The notes beneath the pieces are model-generated. The model was not told the origin of the DNA, made no database searches, and saw nothing but the letters and a program-made list of their open reading frames with translations. Made by a program: the position numbers and the translations under genes. A stretch of DNA of 64,000 nucleotides from Camelus dromedarius (Eukaryota): positions 105,836,001 through 105,900,000 of the forward strand of contig NC_087436.1 of the NCBI RefSeq assembly GCF_036321535.1. The letters run 5' to 3'. Positions 42,210 to 56,084 of the stretch are shown here, piece after piece; within the stretch, counting starts at the first letter, position 1, and every line of letters begins with the position of its first letter.

Positions 42210-42691
42210 ACCAGTGGGCTGAATAACGACCCCCACACCAAGTTGTCTACGTCCTAATCCCTGCATCCTGTGAATTTATTGCCTTACACCCCAACAGGGA
42301 TTTTGCAGATAAGATTTAAGGATTTTGAGATGAGCAGATTATCCTGGATTTTTTGGTGGGTCCACTGCAACCATAACGGTCCTTATAACAAGGAGACAGG
42401 AGGATTACAGAGTAGGAGACTTGATGACTGACGCAGAGAAAGTTTGGAGTGATTTAAGGAAAGTGCCCCAAACCAAGGAATGCAGGTGGCTTCCAGAAGC
42501 TAGAGGAGTCAAAGAAACAGCTTCTGCCCTAGAGCCTACAGAAGGAACACAGATCTGCTGAAGCCTTGATTTTAGCCTGTAAGACCCATTTTGGACCTCT
42601 GATCTCTAGAATTGTAAGTTAGTAAATATGTTTTATTTTAGGCCACTGATTTTGTAGTAATTTGTTACAGCAGCAATAGGAAGCTAATACA
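42210..42691 (+). mobile_element. MLT1D/C-like solo LTR
   Basis: gtcctaatccctg...gattttgagatg...gattatcctggatt...aaggaatgcaggtggc...taatttgttacagcagcaataggaagctaataca terminus. Confidence 0.85.
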
Positions 42692-44365
42692 ACCTATATC
42701 ACGTGCTTTATGAAAAAGTTATAAACTGATATGGTAATGCCCTCTTGTTCCTTCTTCCTAAAACACCCTTTCCCCCCAGTTACCTGCCTGGGTTTCTCCC
42801 CACCTTCTTCACCTTCTTAGGTCTCTCTCTACCATATGCCTCCTTCTCAGAGAGGCCCATTTCAAATAACACACACTCCTGTCAATCACTGTATTTCGTC
42901 TTACCTTGCTTTATTTTTCTTCATAGCACTGATTACCTAATATACACATATAAATGTATATTTTTATTTATATATGAGAGCAGAGACTTGTTTTGTTCCC
43001 TTTGACACAAAATAGGGGCTCCATGAAATATCTGTTGAAGGAAGGAAAGATCTTGGCTTGTGATGCGAATCGTCTAACTAAATGACACTCCCCCTTCACC
43101 TGTATTCTTGGTGTAGTTTGTGTATTTCTTCCTTGAATCTTTCATTAAAATGAGGGCACTCTGCTTACATCAAGGAATACTTCAAACACACGATGGGTTG
43201 CCAACAGGAAATCGGCATTAATTCTACTTTGCAAGTGGGGAAGAAGTCCAAGGCCAGCAGCTTTTTCAAATCATAATTGGAGGGATTTGGGCCACTGTGG
43301 TGGGCAGAGGACAAAGGTGAATCCGATGGCTCTAATCAAGTGGCTCCACCAGGGCTTCCCGGGAGGGGCAGATTTGTTTTTCCCTAATTCCAGTCTTAAC
43401 TACTCTTAACCGCTTAACTGTACCTATAGTCCTTGCATCCATCCATCCACCCTTCCATCCACCTTTCCCACCAGAGGCACTTAAGCTCTTGGTGTATCAA
43501 GAGAAGCTTACAGACTCATGAGGGAATTATGGACAAGCCATTACAGTGTGAACTGTTAAGTAAGAAAGAAAGGAAATTAGCAAGCCAGTGGAGTTGGGGG
43601 GGAGGGGGAAGCAAGGAAGGATCATATGTCTCAATCACTTAGGTAGTGCCTGATAAATATGAATTATTTGTTGATTAATTTGGCACTGTTTGCTCCCCAG
43701 GAAAAGCATCTGTTCTTACGATGAAACGAGCACGTGGGTAATCGTTGTTTGTAAGCTTGAAAGCACATGTAAGGAAATGTGCCTGGGGCTCCCTGACAGG
43801 TGACACGTGAAGCAGTGGCCACACATAGTAGGCGCTAAATCCATGAGCACTGTTATTGAAGACGAACATCAGGGCACAGCTGGTGTGCTAGCCTTGGTAA
43901 TTTAATGGAAAAAAATGTTTAACGTTGTGAAAATACTCCCTCCGTCCATTTTCCTCTTCAGTCCCCTAGCAGTTATAAACCTGAAGCCAGAGGGAGCACA
44001 GGTTTTCACGAAAATTCTCCACTTTTATTTTACTTTATTTTATTTTAGAATATGAGGTGCCTTCCCTTGCACCCACACAAACTTGCCATTCATTCTACTT
44101 TTCTCCCACCTATTTTGTCCCTAGCATATTTCAGGGATTCTCCTAAACAGCTTCCTCGTCATTAAAGATGTTGGAGACAGACGAAACAGGGTTCCTGTGG
44201 GACTCTGGGTGAGTTTCTTAGTTTGCCCAAAGCCAAAGTCTTAATTCTCACATTTGTAAGATTAAATATTGACCCCATGGAGGGTCTTGTGAAGATGACA
44301 GGGTTAACAGACACCACCACCTACCTACTTTGGCACCTCTCATATAGTAGTAGCTCAATAAAATT

Positions 44366-44795
44366 GTGTCCCAGTTACCTGTTGCTCTTTAACAAATGAC
44401 CTCAAATTGAGGGGCTTCAAACAGCCCATTGTACTGTATTCCAGGTGTGTAGGGTCAGGCTGTTCGGGCAGGGCATGGCTGAGGTGGCCGGACTGGGGCT
44501 GACAGATCCACGTCCAGGGTAGCTGGCTCACGTGGCTGAAGCTCAGCCAGAGCGCCACGGGGCTGCTCAGTCTTCCTCACAGAAGAGGGGCTGGGGTCCA
44601 AGAGCGTGTTCCCAAATACTGCTGATGGAAGCTGCACTGCTTTGGATCTAGCCTCAGACGTCCCAGGACATTCTTCCTGCTGCGTTTTCTTGGTCAGGCA
44701 GGTCACTAGGGCCAGTTCTGATCCAATGGGAGGGAAATTAGACCAGATGTACTGAAAGGAGAAGTATCAAAGGATTTGCATGTACCTTTAACCCT
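44366..44795 (-). mobile_element. MLT1-family solo LTR
   Basis: The reverse complement of the start reads ...tttgttaaagagcaacaggtaactgggacaca, an MLT1 3' terminus. Confidence 0.7.
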
Positions 44796-45094
44796 CCAGG
44801 AACAGTGACTGTTGTTTTTATTTTATGTCCTGAGGCATGAGGTCAGCAAAAGCTGCTGGGCTTTGGTGCTGACTGTGGGTCTTCTCAGGGTCAGTCCTGC
44901 AGCTGTCCCTTGTGAACTATCCTTCCTTCCTTCTTTCCATCCTTCCTCCCTCCCTCCCTTCCTTTCCTTGTTTTTCTGTGTTTTGATGACTTTCATTTAT
45001 TTATTTATTGATTTAAAAAATCTATTTCAAGTTCTCTTGAGCTTGTTATACTGAGTAATCCTCTGGTAAGAACTGGTTTAAATTCTTATTGTTT

Positions 45095-45730
45095 GGTTAT
45101 ACTGAGTTATAATTGACATAGTACAACTGAATGAGTTTAAGGTGTACTACAGAATGACTTGATGTACATAGACTGTGAAATGAGTACCACAGTAAGTTAG
45201 ATAATAACCAGCACTTCGTATAGTTATTAATTTTTCCCCTTGTGATGAAAACTTTCAGGATTTACCCTTTTAGCTGCTTTCAGATACACTGTACAGCAGC
45301 ATTAAATAGTTATCATGTTGTTATACATTACATCCCCAGTACTTATTTATCTTATAACTGGGAGTTTGTACCTTTTTTGGTGTGGGGGGGATTTGTACCT
45401 TTTGACCACCTTCATCCAATTCCTTCACACCCACACCCACCACCACCTTTGGTAACCACAAATCTGATCTCCTTTTCTTTGAGGGTTTTTTTTTTTTTTT
45501 TGAGTTTCTACCTATAAATGAAATCATGCAATATTTCCCTTTCTCTGTCTGACTTACTTCACTCAGCATAATGCCCTCAAGTTTCATCCATGTTGCCAAT
45601 GGCAGGGTTTCCTCCTTTTTTATAGCTAAATCATATTCCATTGAATATATATCACATTTTCTTTATCCATTCATCTCTCGGTGAACATGTAGGTTGTCTC
45701 CGTGTCTTGTCTGTGGTAAATAGTGTCACA
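45095..45730 (-). mobile_element. L1 3' end (ORF2 C-terminus plus 3' UTR), L1MA-like
   Basis: Minus ORF 45321-45641 MEYDLAIKKEETLPLATWMKLEGIMLSEVSQTEKGKYCMISFI is the classic L1 3' end translation. Confidence 0.9.
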
Positions 45731-46750
45731 TGGATTGTACTTTTCTGAGCCATCCACTGCAGGGTATTAGCAAACATCTGATCATGCTGGTGAACACAGC
45801 AACCTCATGAATAAACTCATTCCATGCTAAGCTCTTATCTCTGAGCATGAACTAATGAAATACAGATTTTGTACCCCACAGTATGAAGCAGCTTGGTCAC
45901 CATTTTATTTTGTCTTCTGGATTATATTTGGGAGTCATCCTAAAATGTTTTTTCATATCATATAGACTTTAGGTTTCTTTATGGTTCTGGTTCGATTTGT
46001 TTGATAACCCAGACTTTCCATGAGTCTCTTGCTTGGGCACATTTTCCTCTGTCTTCGAGACATCTGTGTCAACTCATTATTCACGTGTGTTAAGTTCCAT
46101 TTCTTCACTTTCATTTTGTTCCTTATTTGCCAAAACCAGCATTTCTCAAAGTGAACACCCACAGATGTCATATGTAGCTAAAAACCCTGATGTCAGGCCA
46201 GGGAAATGCTGATTCTTAAAGTCAAGCAATTGTCTTTACTGCAGGACTTCTCAGAACCTTTAACAAATTAATGCATACTTTGCATTTCAGACAGAATAGT
46301 GAATGCCACATTTCACAGACTGTATGACCCCAGGCCCTTCTTACAGAGCACCTCCCAGGACTTATGTTCCATGGGACACACTTTGGGAAACAGAGATCTG
46401 TGCTCCTTTTGAGGGGAGATGCGCGTGACCCACCCTTTGGTCAGTGTCCATATTTCAGGTGTCTGTCATCTTCCTTTCCTCCAGGCAACGCTGAGTGCTG
46501 CCCTGTCCTGGGATCTTGGGGCAGCCTGGCAGAGTGGAGAAATCTGGGTTCCATCGTAGCTTCTCCTCTCAGCTCTGTGATCCTGGGCAGGTTAGCCTCA
46601 GATTTCACGGTTCTGATATGGAGTTAATACAACTTCCTGAGCTGGGACAGTGGGAGGTTATAGGCAGTAGTGCACACTCTGGGCCTGGAGCATGTGCCTG
46701 GGACACGCCAGCTTTCCCTTCCCGGTTCCTGGACAATGAGTGAACGCGCT

Positions 46751-46763
46751 CGCCCCCTAGTGG
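46751..46763 (-). promoter_or_regulatory. Strong candidate CTCF site
   Basis: CGCCCCCTAGTGG = reverse complement CCACTAGGGGGCG, a near-consensus core with retained CpGs. Confidence 0.65.
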
Positions 46764-47199
46764 GCATTTCTGCCTCTGCCACCTGAGTTGACCCATCCTT
46801 AGGACTGGATAGCTTCTGCTCTTGGCTTGTTAGTAACTGTTCTGAACTAGTGTGTGGGCAATTCGTTGTAGAGGAATGAGTCAAGCAATTATTTAAATGA
46901 AGGTTTTAGATCTGAGAACAAGGGTTGTAGATGCTTTCCCAGCAAGAGACAAAGCCTCATTCCCATTTTACAGATGCTGACCCCACAGAGGGGCCATCTC
47001 CACCCACCTGATTGCTTGTGTAGACAACCAGGAGCAAGATCGTATTACCTTTATCATGCATGGTTCTTCATGTTGAGGCCAGGGGAAAGGTAAAGGCTTT
47101 GCTTGATTCTATCTGTGATCCAAGGTAATCTCTAATATCTAAAAGTCTTGCAAATAGTAGGCAGTCAGTGATAACAAAAGTTAGTTTATTCAGAGCTTG

Positions 47200-47420
47200 C
47201 TCTGCCAGGAACCATGGTAAGTGCTTTAGTTATTGAATCCTTGCAACAAGCCTTGGAAGATGGTAGAATGACTCTCATTCCCATTTTAGAGTTGAGGAAA
47301 CTAAAAAACACAGAGCATTTGAGTAACTTGCTTGAGGTCACACAGCTCATAAGGGATGAAAAACAGCATTCAAACAAACCCACACGGTCGGATTTCCCAC
47401 CCATGTACTCAACCAGGGCA
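47200..47420. mobile_element. MIR SINE (one of many; others near 33710-33920, 39800-39990, 40570-40740, 49280-49440, 50660-50860, 58200-58370, 58520-58660)
   Basis: cccattttagagttgaggaaact...gagtaacttgcttgaggtcacacagct MIR core. Confidence 0.75.
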
Positions 47421-48064
47421 CCAGCCTGCCTTTCTAAAAGTCCCTTATTGACCATCTTGGTGGCAACAGGTATTTATTGTGACTCTGTGGTGTGCCCACC
47501 CCTGTGTCAGGAGCTGTGGAGGATACAAAAGATTCATGAGACAATTTGATGTCTATGATTGCTCCAAAATTGGTTTTGACTTCTTAATAAAGGGTAAAAT
47601 CCCTGAGGAAAAAACTGAATGATGAAATTTAAAAGAGCAAGTTTTTCAAAGTAGGAAGAAACTGGTTAATAGCAAGCTGAAGGGCAAACATGTTTAAAAA
47701 AAGAACTAACGCAGGGAAAACCAACACTGTATTAGTGACACATATGATTTGTATGCCTGTGAGCAGGAAAATGTAAAAGGGGGAGAGAGCTGTCTTCTTG
47801 AGTAAATGAAGCATAGAAGTTCATTAGGACTCTAAAGAAGTGTTAAAAGAGGAAACCCTGCCTTAAGAGCATCAATGGATTGTAATATAAACCATGTCAG
47901 GTAGGTGCAAATTGGAAACTGGAGATGCAAAGGCACGATCTGAGGAATACATTTACCAAAATATCAGATAAATAATAAATTATTAAATATGTTAAAAGCT
48001 AAAAGGATCTTTGTGTCTGCAAGGCTCTTAAAATCGAGAGAGAGAGAAAAAAAAAAAAAAAAAA

Positions 48065-49180
48065 GGCCGGGCTGGTCTGGTGCGAGAGGGTGAAAGGAGG
48101 GGAATGGAGACGGTCTGGCTGGATTAGTCCTAACTCTGAAGACACAGGAAAACACCCCTGGTGGAGCTTTCACAGGAAATCATTAGGCGCGGGTCGCAGG
48201 CGAGTGAGGGTGGCTGAGAGCCGGGAGGTCCCCCGTCCTCATTCTGTGCCCAGGAGCCCCAGAACTGGCGGGAGATCCCACTGCCCGGGGTGGGGGTGCA
48301 GGGAGGTCTGTCCCCCTCCCGGGAGTGCCCTTCAGCCCCTCTGCTGCCAGCTTTGCTTCCAGCTGCTCGGGACATGGGGCGAGGTGAACCTTGCGGGGCC
48401 CCTGGGCTGGGGGCTGGGGGCTGTGGAGAGCATGTGACGATGTGCCTCCCTCGGAACGTTTCCTCCGAAATTTCTGCGGCGCCCCTGCCACCTCTCCCAC
48501 CCGGACCGCACCGTGGGCTTCGACCCCACACGGGGAGAAAAGCCCCGAAGGCCGGCGCGGGGCGTGGCGGGGGCGGGGGCGGGGAGTGGGCATGCGCACA
48601 GGAGGCAGGGCCAGGCTCAGCGCGGCCTCTCACCAGCCGGGAGGCCTGGGACAGGAACTCATCCGCTGGTTTGTAAAACGAGATGATGCCACAGTACCTT
48701 CCTGGGTCCTCCGGATACTGGTGGCAGGCCTGCCCCTCTGGGCGCCGGGCCGGGCACAGTCCTGCCCTGTGGAGCCCGCAGTGTGAGGGGTGGGCCTTCC
48801 GGGCCCTCCTGCAGGCGCCTCCCCGAGCACGTCAGCAGCACCAGTCGAAGTCATCGTCGCCGCCATCCTGGGAAGTTGTTATTCCATGTTCCTCGTGTTA
48901 TAGCCCAGGAAGCTGAGGTGGAGGGAGGCTGGCTAACTTGCCCAGCACTCAGCTGGGAAGAGGTGGCGCTGGCCTCAGCCTCACGTGCCTGGCATCCCAG
49001 CTGGGCTTTTAACTCTGACTTTATACAGGAAGCTCCTGACCCATGATCGCGAGGACCGCTGTACCATCGTAGCGCTGACAAGCGGTGTGAAGGAGGACTC
49101 AGGGCTTGGTGCGCCCACAATTCGGGCTTTTCACTGAGGAAGTGCCGGCGCTGGAACTCGAACAAGGTCGGAGTCGACCA
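48065..49180. promoter_or_regulatory. Orphan CpG island with GC boxes and an NRF1-like site
   Basis: Abrupt GC/CpG-rich segment; GGGGCGTGGC 48559-48568, GGGCGG 48571 and 48577, GGGCATGCGCA 48588-48598. Confidence 0.75.
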
Positions 49181-51419
49181 GGAAAAAAAGGAGCGAGTGG
49201 TCCTTATGCAAGGAAAGCTGAGCCCCTGCTGAGAGGACCAGTTTGAGGATGTGGAAAGGGCCTGGCCCAGAGCTAGCTGCCTGGCTGGCTGTGTGGCCTT
49301 GGCCCAGCTCCTGAGCCTATTGGACCCTCAGTCTCCTCCTCTGTAAAATGGAGAGAACGGGAGGTAAGACAATGAAGTTAGATGAGGGATGTAGAGTGTT
49401 TAGCCCATGGCTCCTCATAAGACAGGAGCCCTTGTTAGTATTATTTGTTGTCGTGAACAAAGAAGTGTGAGTGAGAACCCTCCTCTTTTCCCACTCCAGG
49501 CCTCTACCTCAACAATGACACCACCTGAGAGCTGAGAGAGGTTGGAGGTGGTCAGGGGGGCCCAACGAACCCTCTCCTTCTGTTTATCAGAATAAACAGA
49601 TTAAATGAGAAGCCAAAGTCATTACTCAGAATTGCCTAAGCTGCCCTGGTGGTGAGACTTAGCAAACGATGTGCCAAGGAGTATCTGGATCTTAATCACG
49701 ACATGTGACAATGCCCAACAGGCTCCTGAATAGATGAGGTCTCAGGAATCTCCTTGCTCTACTATTGATTACCCTTGCTGTCTTAATAACCCGGATTTGA
49801 CCCTTCAACAGCCAGGCCAACCAAACACTGACTGTTGAGGTCAACAGCAGCTGGAGTGTCCCATGTCCCCCGTGTTATTCCATTTCATATTCGTAGCAGC
49901 CTTGCCCTTGGTAAGTGTCACAAGCCCATTTTACAGATGGGGTAACTGAGCTTGTCTAAGGTCCCCTCCAGCCTTGCTGTACCCATTCTGTGCTGGCTCA
50001 CATGTTCTTTAGGAGAATTTTGTAGGTACTTCTGAGTACCATTCCCTAGAGTCACTATTAAGCTTTTATGTTAAGAAATTTAAATAAATCTGACTCTAGA
50101 TTCCTGTGTGGTTCCCTCCTCTTGTCATTTGGGTATCACTTCAAATCTTACCTCATCAAACATTTCCAAAAATGATCTCTACCACTCCCATTCGTCATAA
50201 CACAGAGTGGAATTCTTTCTCTAGCAGTTATCAAAATCTCACATTGTCTAGTCCATGTGTTTGCATGCTTATTTTATTGCATGGCTCAGCTCACTGGACA
50301 GTGAGTCCCACCAGAGTAAGAATCCTATTGTCTTCCATTCTTCACTGAGACCAGTACATACCCTGCACATAGTAGGTGCTCTGTGTCTCTATGTGTAGAG
50401 AGCATGGTCAGGTGGACAGAGCTTAGGACCCCAGACCGGGCATGATTGTCCCCCTTACTGTCAGCCCATCTATTGAGGAGCCAGGCCTTGCTTTTCCCAT
50501 CTATAAAATGGATGATAGAATACTATGCAGCCATGTAAAGTGATGTGCAAAAATATGAAATGACACAGACAGATGTTACTGATGCGGTAAGTGGGTAAAA
50601 ATCAGGCAATAACACAGCGTGTCAGGATGAACCCATGAAGGGTGCTGAATAGAGAAATTAAAGCCTTGGGCTGTCAAATTTCCAACCTGAATTCCCCATT
50701 GACCAGTGTGCTAGGTCAGTGACATTCCCTGTGCCTCGGTTTTCTCGTCTGTAAAATGAAGCTGGTAAGAGTTCATGCTGACGTGTTGTAAGGTACTTAG
50801 TGTGTGAGAGGGGTGCTTGGCACAAAGTAAGAGCCTGATGAAGATGAGCTATTGCTATTGTTGACGTGACTACTCTTGTTTCTGTTGCTACTGTGATGCA
50901 TCAAAGGAAAATGAAAGCTTGTGAAATGGGATGGACAATAGAATTCTATTATTTAAAATATGTGTGTATGTATGACAGGAGGTATACAGATGGGTTTTCT
51001 CTTACTCTCTTGTTTCTTCCCTCCCTCCTTCTTTACCTCTCTTTGTATCTTCCTCTCTTTCTTTCTTTAAGCCAACACATATTACTTTGTGTAATGAGAC
51101 AATAAAATCAAGAAAAGTCATTTAAGAGTAAAAATAATGAAATAATGAAATGGGCCAGGTACACTTCCTGGGGATTGGGGACCGTGGGCCCTGGTGTCAA
51201 TTCCATCACAAGCGACCTGCCAGGCATTGCACTAAGCCCCTCATACCCATTCCACAATTTAATCCTCTTGGCCACCCTGCCTGTTAGATGCTATCATCAC
51301 TGTTAAACAGACAAGGAATCCAGGGCCCAGAGAGGTCAAGTCATGTGCCTTAGGGTGCCCAGCTGCCAAGGAGGCGGTTCCCAGCCAGGCCCACCCATCT
51401 GACTCAGGGCCTAAGGTCT

Positions 51420-51590
51420 AAAGTACATCATTTGAATTGTGGGCTCAGCATCATCAGCATCACCCACGAGCGTGCTAGAAAACGCAGGCTCTCAGGCCCT
51501 GGCCAACTCCACCACAGTCTGCACGGTGGGTGACAGGGTCCCCAGGTAGTTCACATGTGTGGTCAAGCCTGAGAAACCCTGGTCGAGCCA
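51420..51590. mobile_element. MER5A-like MITE
   Basis: cagcatcagcatcacc...tagaaaacgcaggctctcaggccc...tcaagcctgagaaaccctg. Confidence 0.6.
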
Positions 51591-52879
51591 GTCTGCTGTG
51601 TTTTGTCCCCCAGGTTTCCCCCATCGCCTGCCTTCCCTCCTGCCTGGCCCCCATGCCTTCTCCCACTTTGCTTGCATCTCACTCTCCAGACCTCGGCAGG
51701 GGAAGCCGGTAGAAGCGACCTCCAAACCACTCTCTTTAGTGACTACTTAGCAGCTCTGAGACAAAGGTTTGAAGAAAAAAAAGATGTTTGAATCCATAGA
51801 CCTGATTCGAGAATTATCTACGGCGTGTCTGTATCCATGTTATCCCTTTCCAAATAGTGGACTGTAAGGAGGATATTTTTGTTATGATTTAAAGAAAAAT
51901 AAATACTGCAGGCTTCACAACCAGAGGCCCTTCTGATATGCTTAAATGTGGTTCAGGGCGCCCTGATTTAAGGGGCTAATGCTAGAACAGCAGAGGTAAA
52001 TTATCCTGGCCTGTGGGTGTTTATATATGATGATGGAATGCAAACAAGCCTGGTTTGGCTCTGAAAGCAGAACCGGGGAAAACTTCATCTGGGTATTTAA
52101 TTACACAGGGCAGAGTGGAAACAGTCTTTTGTTTCCTCATTGGCCCACGCTTGGAAACCCATAGGTCACTCTAAATCAGAAGGCATTACAGTGTATACGA
52201 AGCAACTGGAACATAACATTTAGCAGAAGTTTTCTGCATTTGTGGTTGTGTTCTTCACTGCCACAGCTGTTTGCACTGTGTAATTCACATATGGAGTTGG
52301 ATAACGTGGTCAGGGCTCACGCCTGCGTGCAGGCCCTTGTATGCATGCGCGCACACACGCACACTTCCCTAGGGTTTACATGAGAAAACAAAATGACCAA
52401 GTCTGGTAATTTGGCATTGAATTCCACCTAGGCAAAAGAAGGGCTGGAGACTAGCGTTCCTCCTGTATGTGTGTATATAGGGGGTGCACAGCCAGAGAAA
52501 GTCAAGGTTCTGGGCCCCAGCTTCTGTTTTTGCCCATTTCATATGAAATATTAGGGCTTTCTCACTAGTGTTAGAGCCAAGGCAGAGACCTCGAAAGATA
52601 AATGATTTAATTCAGGCTGTCAGGTTCTGTTTGTTTGGAAGTAAGGACTCACGAGGAGAAGAGCACATTAATTGAAGTCTCAAGGTGGTAGTAGAGCACG
52701 TTGTCTTTATTACTGCTTTCTGTGGAGGGGGATTGCTTTTTTTTTTTTTTTTTTTAAGTTTATTCGATCTCGTTCAGTTAACTTTCATCGAGTCAGTCCT
52801 GTGCTAGGTCAGAAAATCTGAGTAAATGAGACCAGTGCGAGGGTAACAGACTACAGACACATTCCTCTGGGCTCTTACA

Positions 52880-53510
52880 AAGGGCTCCCCCCCCACCCCC
52901 CAGAGGTGATGTCCAACATGACTCCATGTTGAGAGGGTATTTGCCGGGGAGAAAGGTCGGAAAGGCATTCCAGGCAGATGGAACAACAGGGGCAAAGTGA
53001 TGCCCACGCGGAGAATCTGATTCTCTGGATGGCAGTGTTGGCAGCACCCAGGCCGGGTGGGCTGGGAGCCCTGGGAAGAGGAGCAGAGGAGAAAGTCACT
53101 GGAGATGAGACTGGGGAGGGACACGGTATCTGGTTGTGAGGGCTCCTGTGGCTTCTTAGGCCTCACGGGATCAGAGAAAATCCTGCTAGACTTGGGGAGG
53201 GGGAGGATGGCTAGACTGGAGGAATTGGAAGGGGTCCTTTTAAGAACTGGGGCTTTGATCCAAAGAGGAGTGGAAGCCACTGAGGGGAAGCCATGGTTAG
53301 ACTTGTGCTTTGAAAGCTTATTCTGTTGGAATGGCAGATAGAGGATGAGAGTGGAGACCGAAAAACAGGCAGGGGGCTACTGTAAGGTCCTGGCGAGAGA
53401 GGAAAGTGGCTGGACAGAGGATGTAGAGGAAGAAATGGAGAAAAATGGGAAGTTTAAGGGAAGGAGATAGTAGATATGGGTGCTGAAGGGGAGGGAGGTG
53501 TCAAGGCTAT
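52880..53510. mobile_element. L2 LINE fragment
   Basis: ggcattccaggcagatggaacaacaggggcaaag...ggaagccactgagggg...ggctactgtaaggtcctggcgagaga, typical L2 3' region. Confidence 0.7.
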
Positions 53511-53799
53511 TCTTCACACAACATGGTCCAGACCTCTTCCTCTGCCTCCTGTAGACAACCACACTGTGCCACCATCTGTCCTCAGACGGCACCTGGGACT
53601 TACAGGTCTGGTCCAGGAGTGATTGGAAGAGCACGGGCTTCTGCGGACGCCTTACCGCCTGGCATTGAGATCCTGTAAATTTTTTAGCAAGTCAGACAAA
53701 CTAGCATGATAGATGATCAAATCTGCATGCAGCCTTTATTACCTTCTCTCCCCCTAAACTCCTGGCATCTGCTCCATGGCAGGTACTGTGAATTTACTC

Positions 53800-54942
53800 C
53801 CTCAGTTTCCATTACAACACCTCCTCATTAACCTTTTGGTACTTGAGGGTCAGAAAGTAGAAAACTACATTTCCCAGACCCCTTTGCAGGTGAGGTCGTG
53901 CATGTGAAAGATACTTCCAAGTGCACACACCTGCTCCAGGCTGACAGGCAGAAGTGAGCAATGTTTGGTGCTGCTTAGTGTAGGAGATCAGGTGTCCTGG
54001 CCAACGAGGTGGCACAGCCTTCTTGTTCTTCCGGAACAGTGGGTGGTAGAGTTTTCTGATATCTAGTCCCTATTGTCATATAGCTTCTTTTTCTGGCTGC
54101 TTTGTTCCTATTAGTAGCATCCAAACCCAAGTCTCTGGCCACCCCCACCAAGGAATGATATGAATTATGGCAGATCGTCTGCTTAAAGTATTGAAGTCAG
54201 TTCCGTTGCCTGCAGATAAGAACCTGCAATTAACTTCATTTGTTACTATATATTTTCTTTGTGGTTTTACACATAATGTTCCTTTTCTCTAAACAGATTA
54301 TGAGCTCCTTCAAGACTACAGAGAGGTCATGTGTCCTCTGTAATGTCAACCACAGAGCTGCTGTGGATGATTGCCATTTTTGTCTGCTTGACAGCTAATC
54401 ACCGTTCTTCTAGAAAGAGGAGATTACCAGATTGCGCCCTAGCTTTCCTCTGGGGAACTACATCTTCTCCAGTCTCAATTCATGTGCTTTGGTGGGGTGA
54501 CTCCACCAAGAGAGCCAAGGATGGGCATGTGACTGAAGTCCAGTCAGTCAGAGCATGGCATCCCACTGGCTCTCGTAATAGTGTAATGATGGGCACGTGA
54601 CCCAGTCAGAGCCAATGATTTGAAATGGCAGGGTTTTGGGAGGAACTCTTGAGAAGAGAGGGACATCCGTTTCCTCTCTTTCTGTGAGGACCATTGATAA
54701 AAAGGAAGAGGGCAGCCAGAAGCTGCTGGAGGCTCTTTGTGGGATTGAGGATGAGGTCAATCCAAAGGCAAGCACAAGTGTGTTGTTGATGCAGGTTGAG
54801 CCCTGCATACACCCAGCCTTTCTAGAAGACAGCCCTGTTCTTGGTCGTTTCAGTTAGGTAAGCCGGTAAAGTTTTCGGTTGGTTTTTGCTTCAGCCAGTG
54901 AAGTGGGGTTTTTGTCACTTACAACCAAGGGTTTTGACTACA
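53800..54942 (+). mobile_element. Two MLT1-family LTR remnants (~53800-54230 and ~54361-54942)
   Basis: aaactacatttcccagacccctttgcagg; gggcatgtgact...gggcacgtgacccagtcagagccaat...ttttgtcacttacaacc. Confidence 0.65.
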
Positions 54943-55399
54943 ACAGGAATTGTCCATAAGTAGCTCAAGATTGGCTCATCAAAAAACTGAAGGTCTTAAT
55001 TCCCCATCTTCTTTTTAAGCTTTCTCTCGCTTCCACTCCAATCTTTCTTAAAGTGACCATCCTTAAGACATGGTTGCACTTTTAACAATTTGATGGAACA
55101 AACAATTCAAATAAAGCAGAGATGCACCCTGATCCATTATCCTCTTAAACACTTTGGCAGTGGCTTCTGGAAGGGAAGAAGTTCCAAGTGAGGGCCAGGC
55201 AATGAGAAGGGTGCTGTAACTCTGAGCTCTGTCCTGTGGTAGATGCTCCTTGCCACTGTAAAGCATGAGCTCAGATCATGGGCCTTAGCACCGAAATGAA
55301 TTAGGGTTACTTGTTGAATATTACATTCACACTCATTAGAGGTGTGATCTTGGCAAAGTTACTTAACTTCTGTGAATTTAGCCCCAACTGGTTCACAGT

Positions 55400-55860
55400 T
55401 AAAGAAGAGTTTCTTGGCTTACACACTTGGGAAGTCTAGGGTGGTGTCCGGCTTCAGGTTGGGCTAGATCCAGTTGCAAAGATGTTAAGTCAGGAATCTG
55501 TGGTGCTTCTTTCCAGTGCTGGCTTTTCAGGCTGGCTTTCCTCTGGGCTGGCTTCATTCTCAAGCATTTGGGTTCATTCTCGTGGGCATAACATGGAGCT
55601 GGGATGAGCTCCAGGCTTCCTATCCTCCCAGTTTTGCTCTCCTGGCAGAAAGAAGACACCTCTATAGCTCCCATAGTCCTATAGCCCCAGTGAAAATCTG
55701 AGCTAGTGCTCTTATCAGGTCAGCTTGGGTCACCTGCACATCCTTGGAGTGAGGGACTTAGATCACCATGATGGGGGGAGGGAATGTTTCTCGAAGGAAA
55801 AGCAGGGGGCTGTTATCAGAAGAGGGAACTGATGCTAACTGGCTAAAAACAACAGATGCG
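55400..55860 (-). mobile_element. MLT1-family LTR remnant
   Basis: ggcttcaggttgggctagatccag...ctctgggctggcttcattctcaagc...cagcttgggtcacctgc. Confidence 0.6.
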
Positions 55861-56084
55861 CCCTCTTACTCTCCTAGATTGTGTTCTCTTAGGAAAAAGT
55901 GGAAATGTTTCCACTTCAAAAGGTTTTTGTAGCTTTGTGCAGTGGCAGTATGGTAGCCAATGAGGTTTACCCGAGGCACGATTATTGCTAATTGAAATCT
56001 TTTCCCAATACCCCAATACCTAACTTGAAATATAGTTGGCATTGGCAATTTTTGACACTCTCTGTGGAGACTGAATTTTAAAAA

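Noticed and set aside
48090..49165. Stack of 60-167 aa ORFs on both strands
   Set aside because: Same GC-rich artefact; no protein family resemblance
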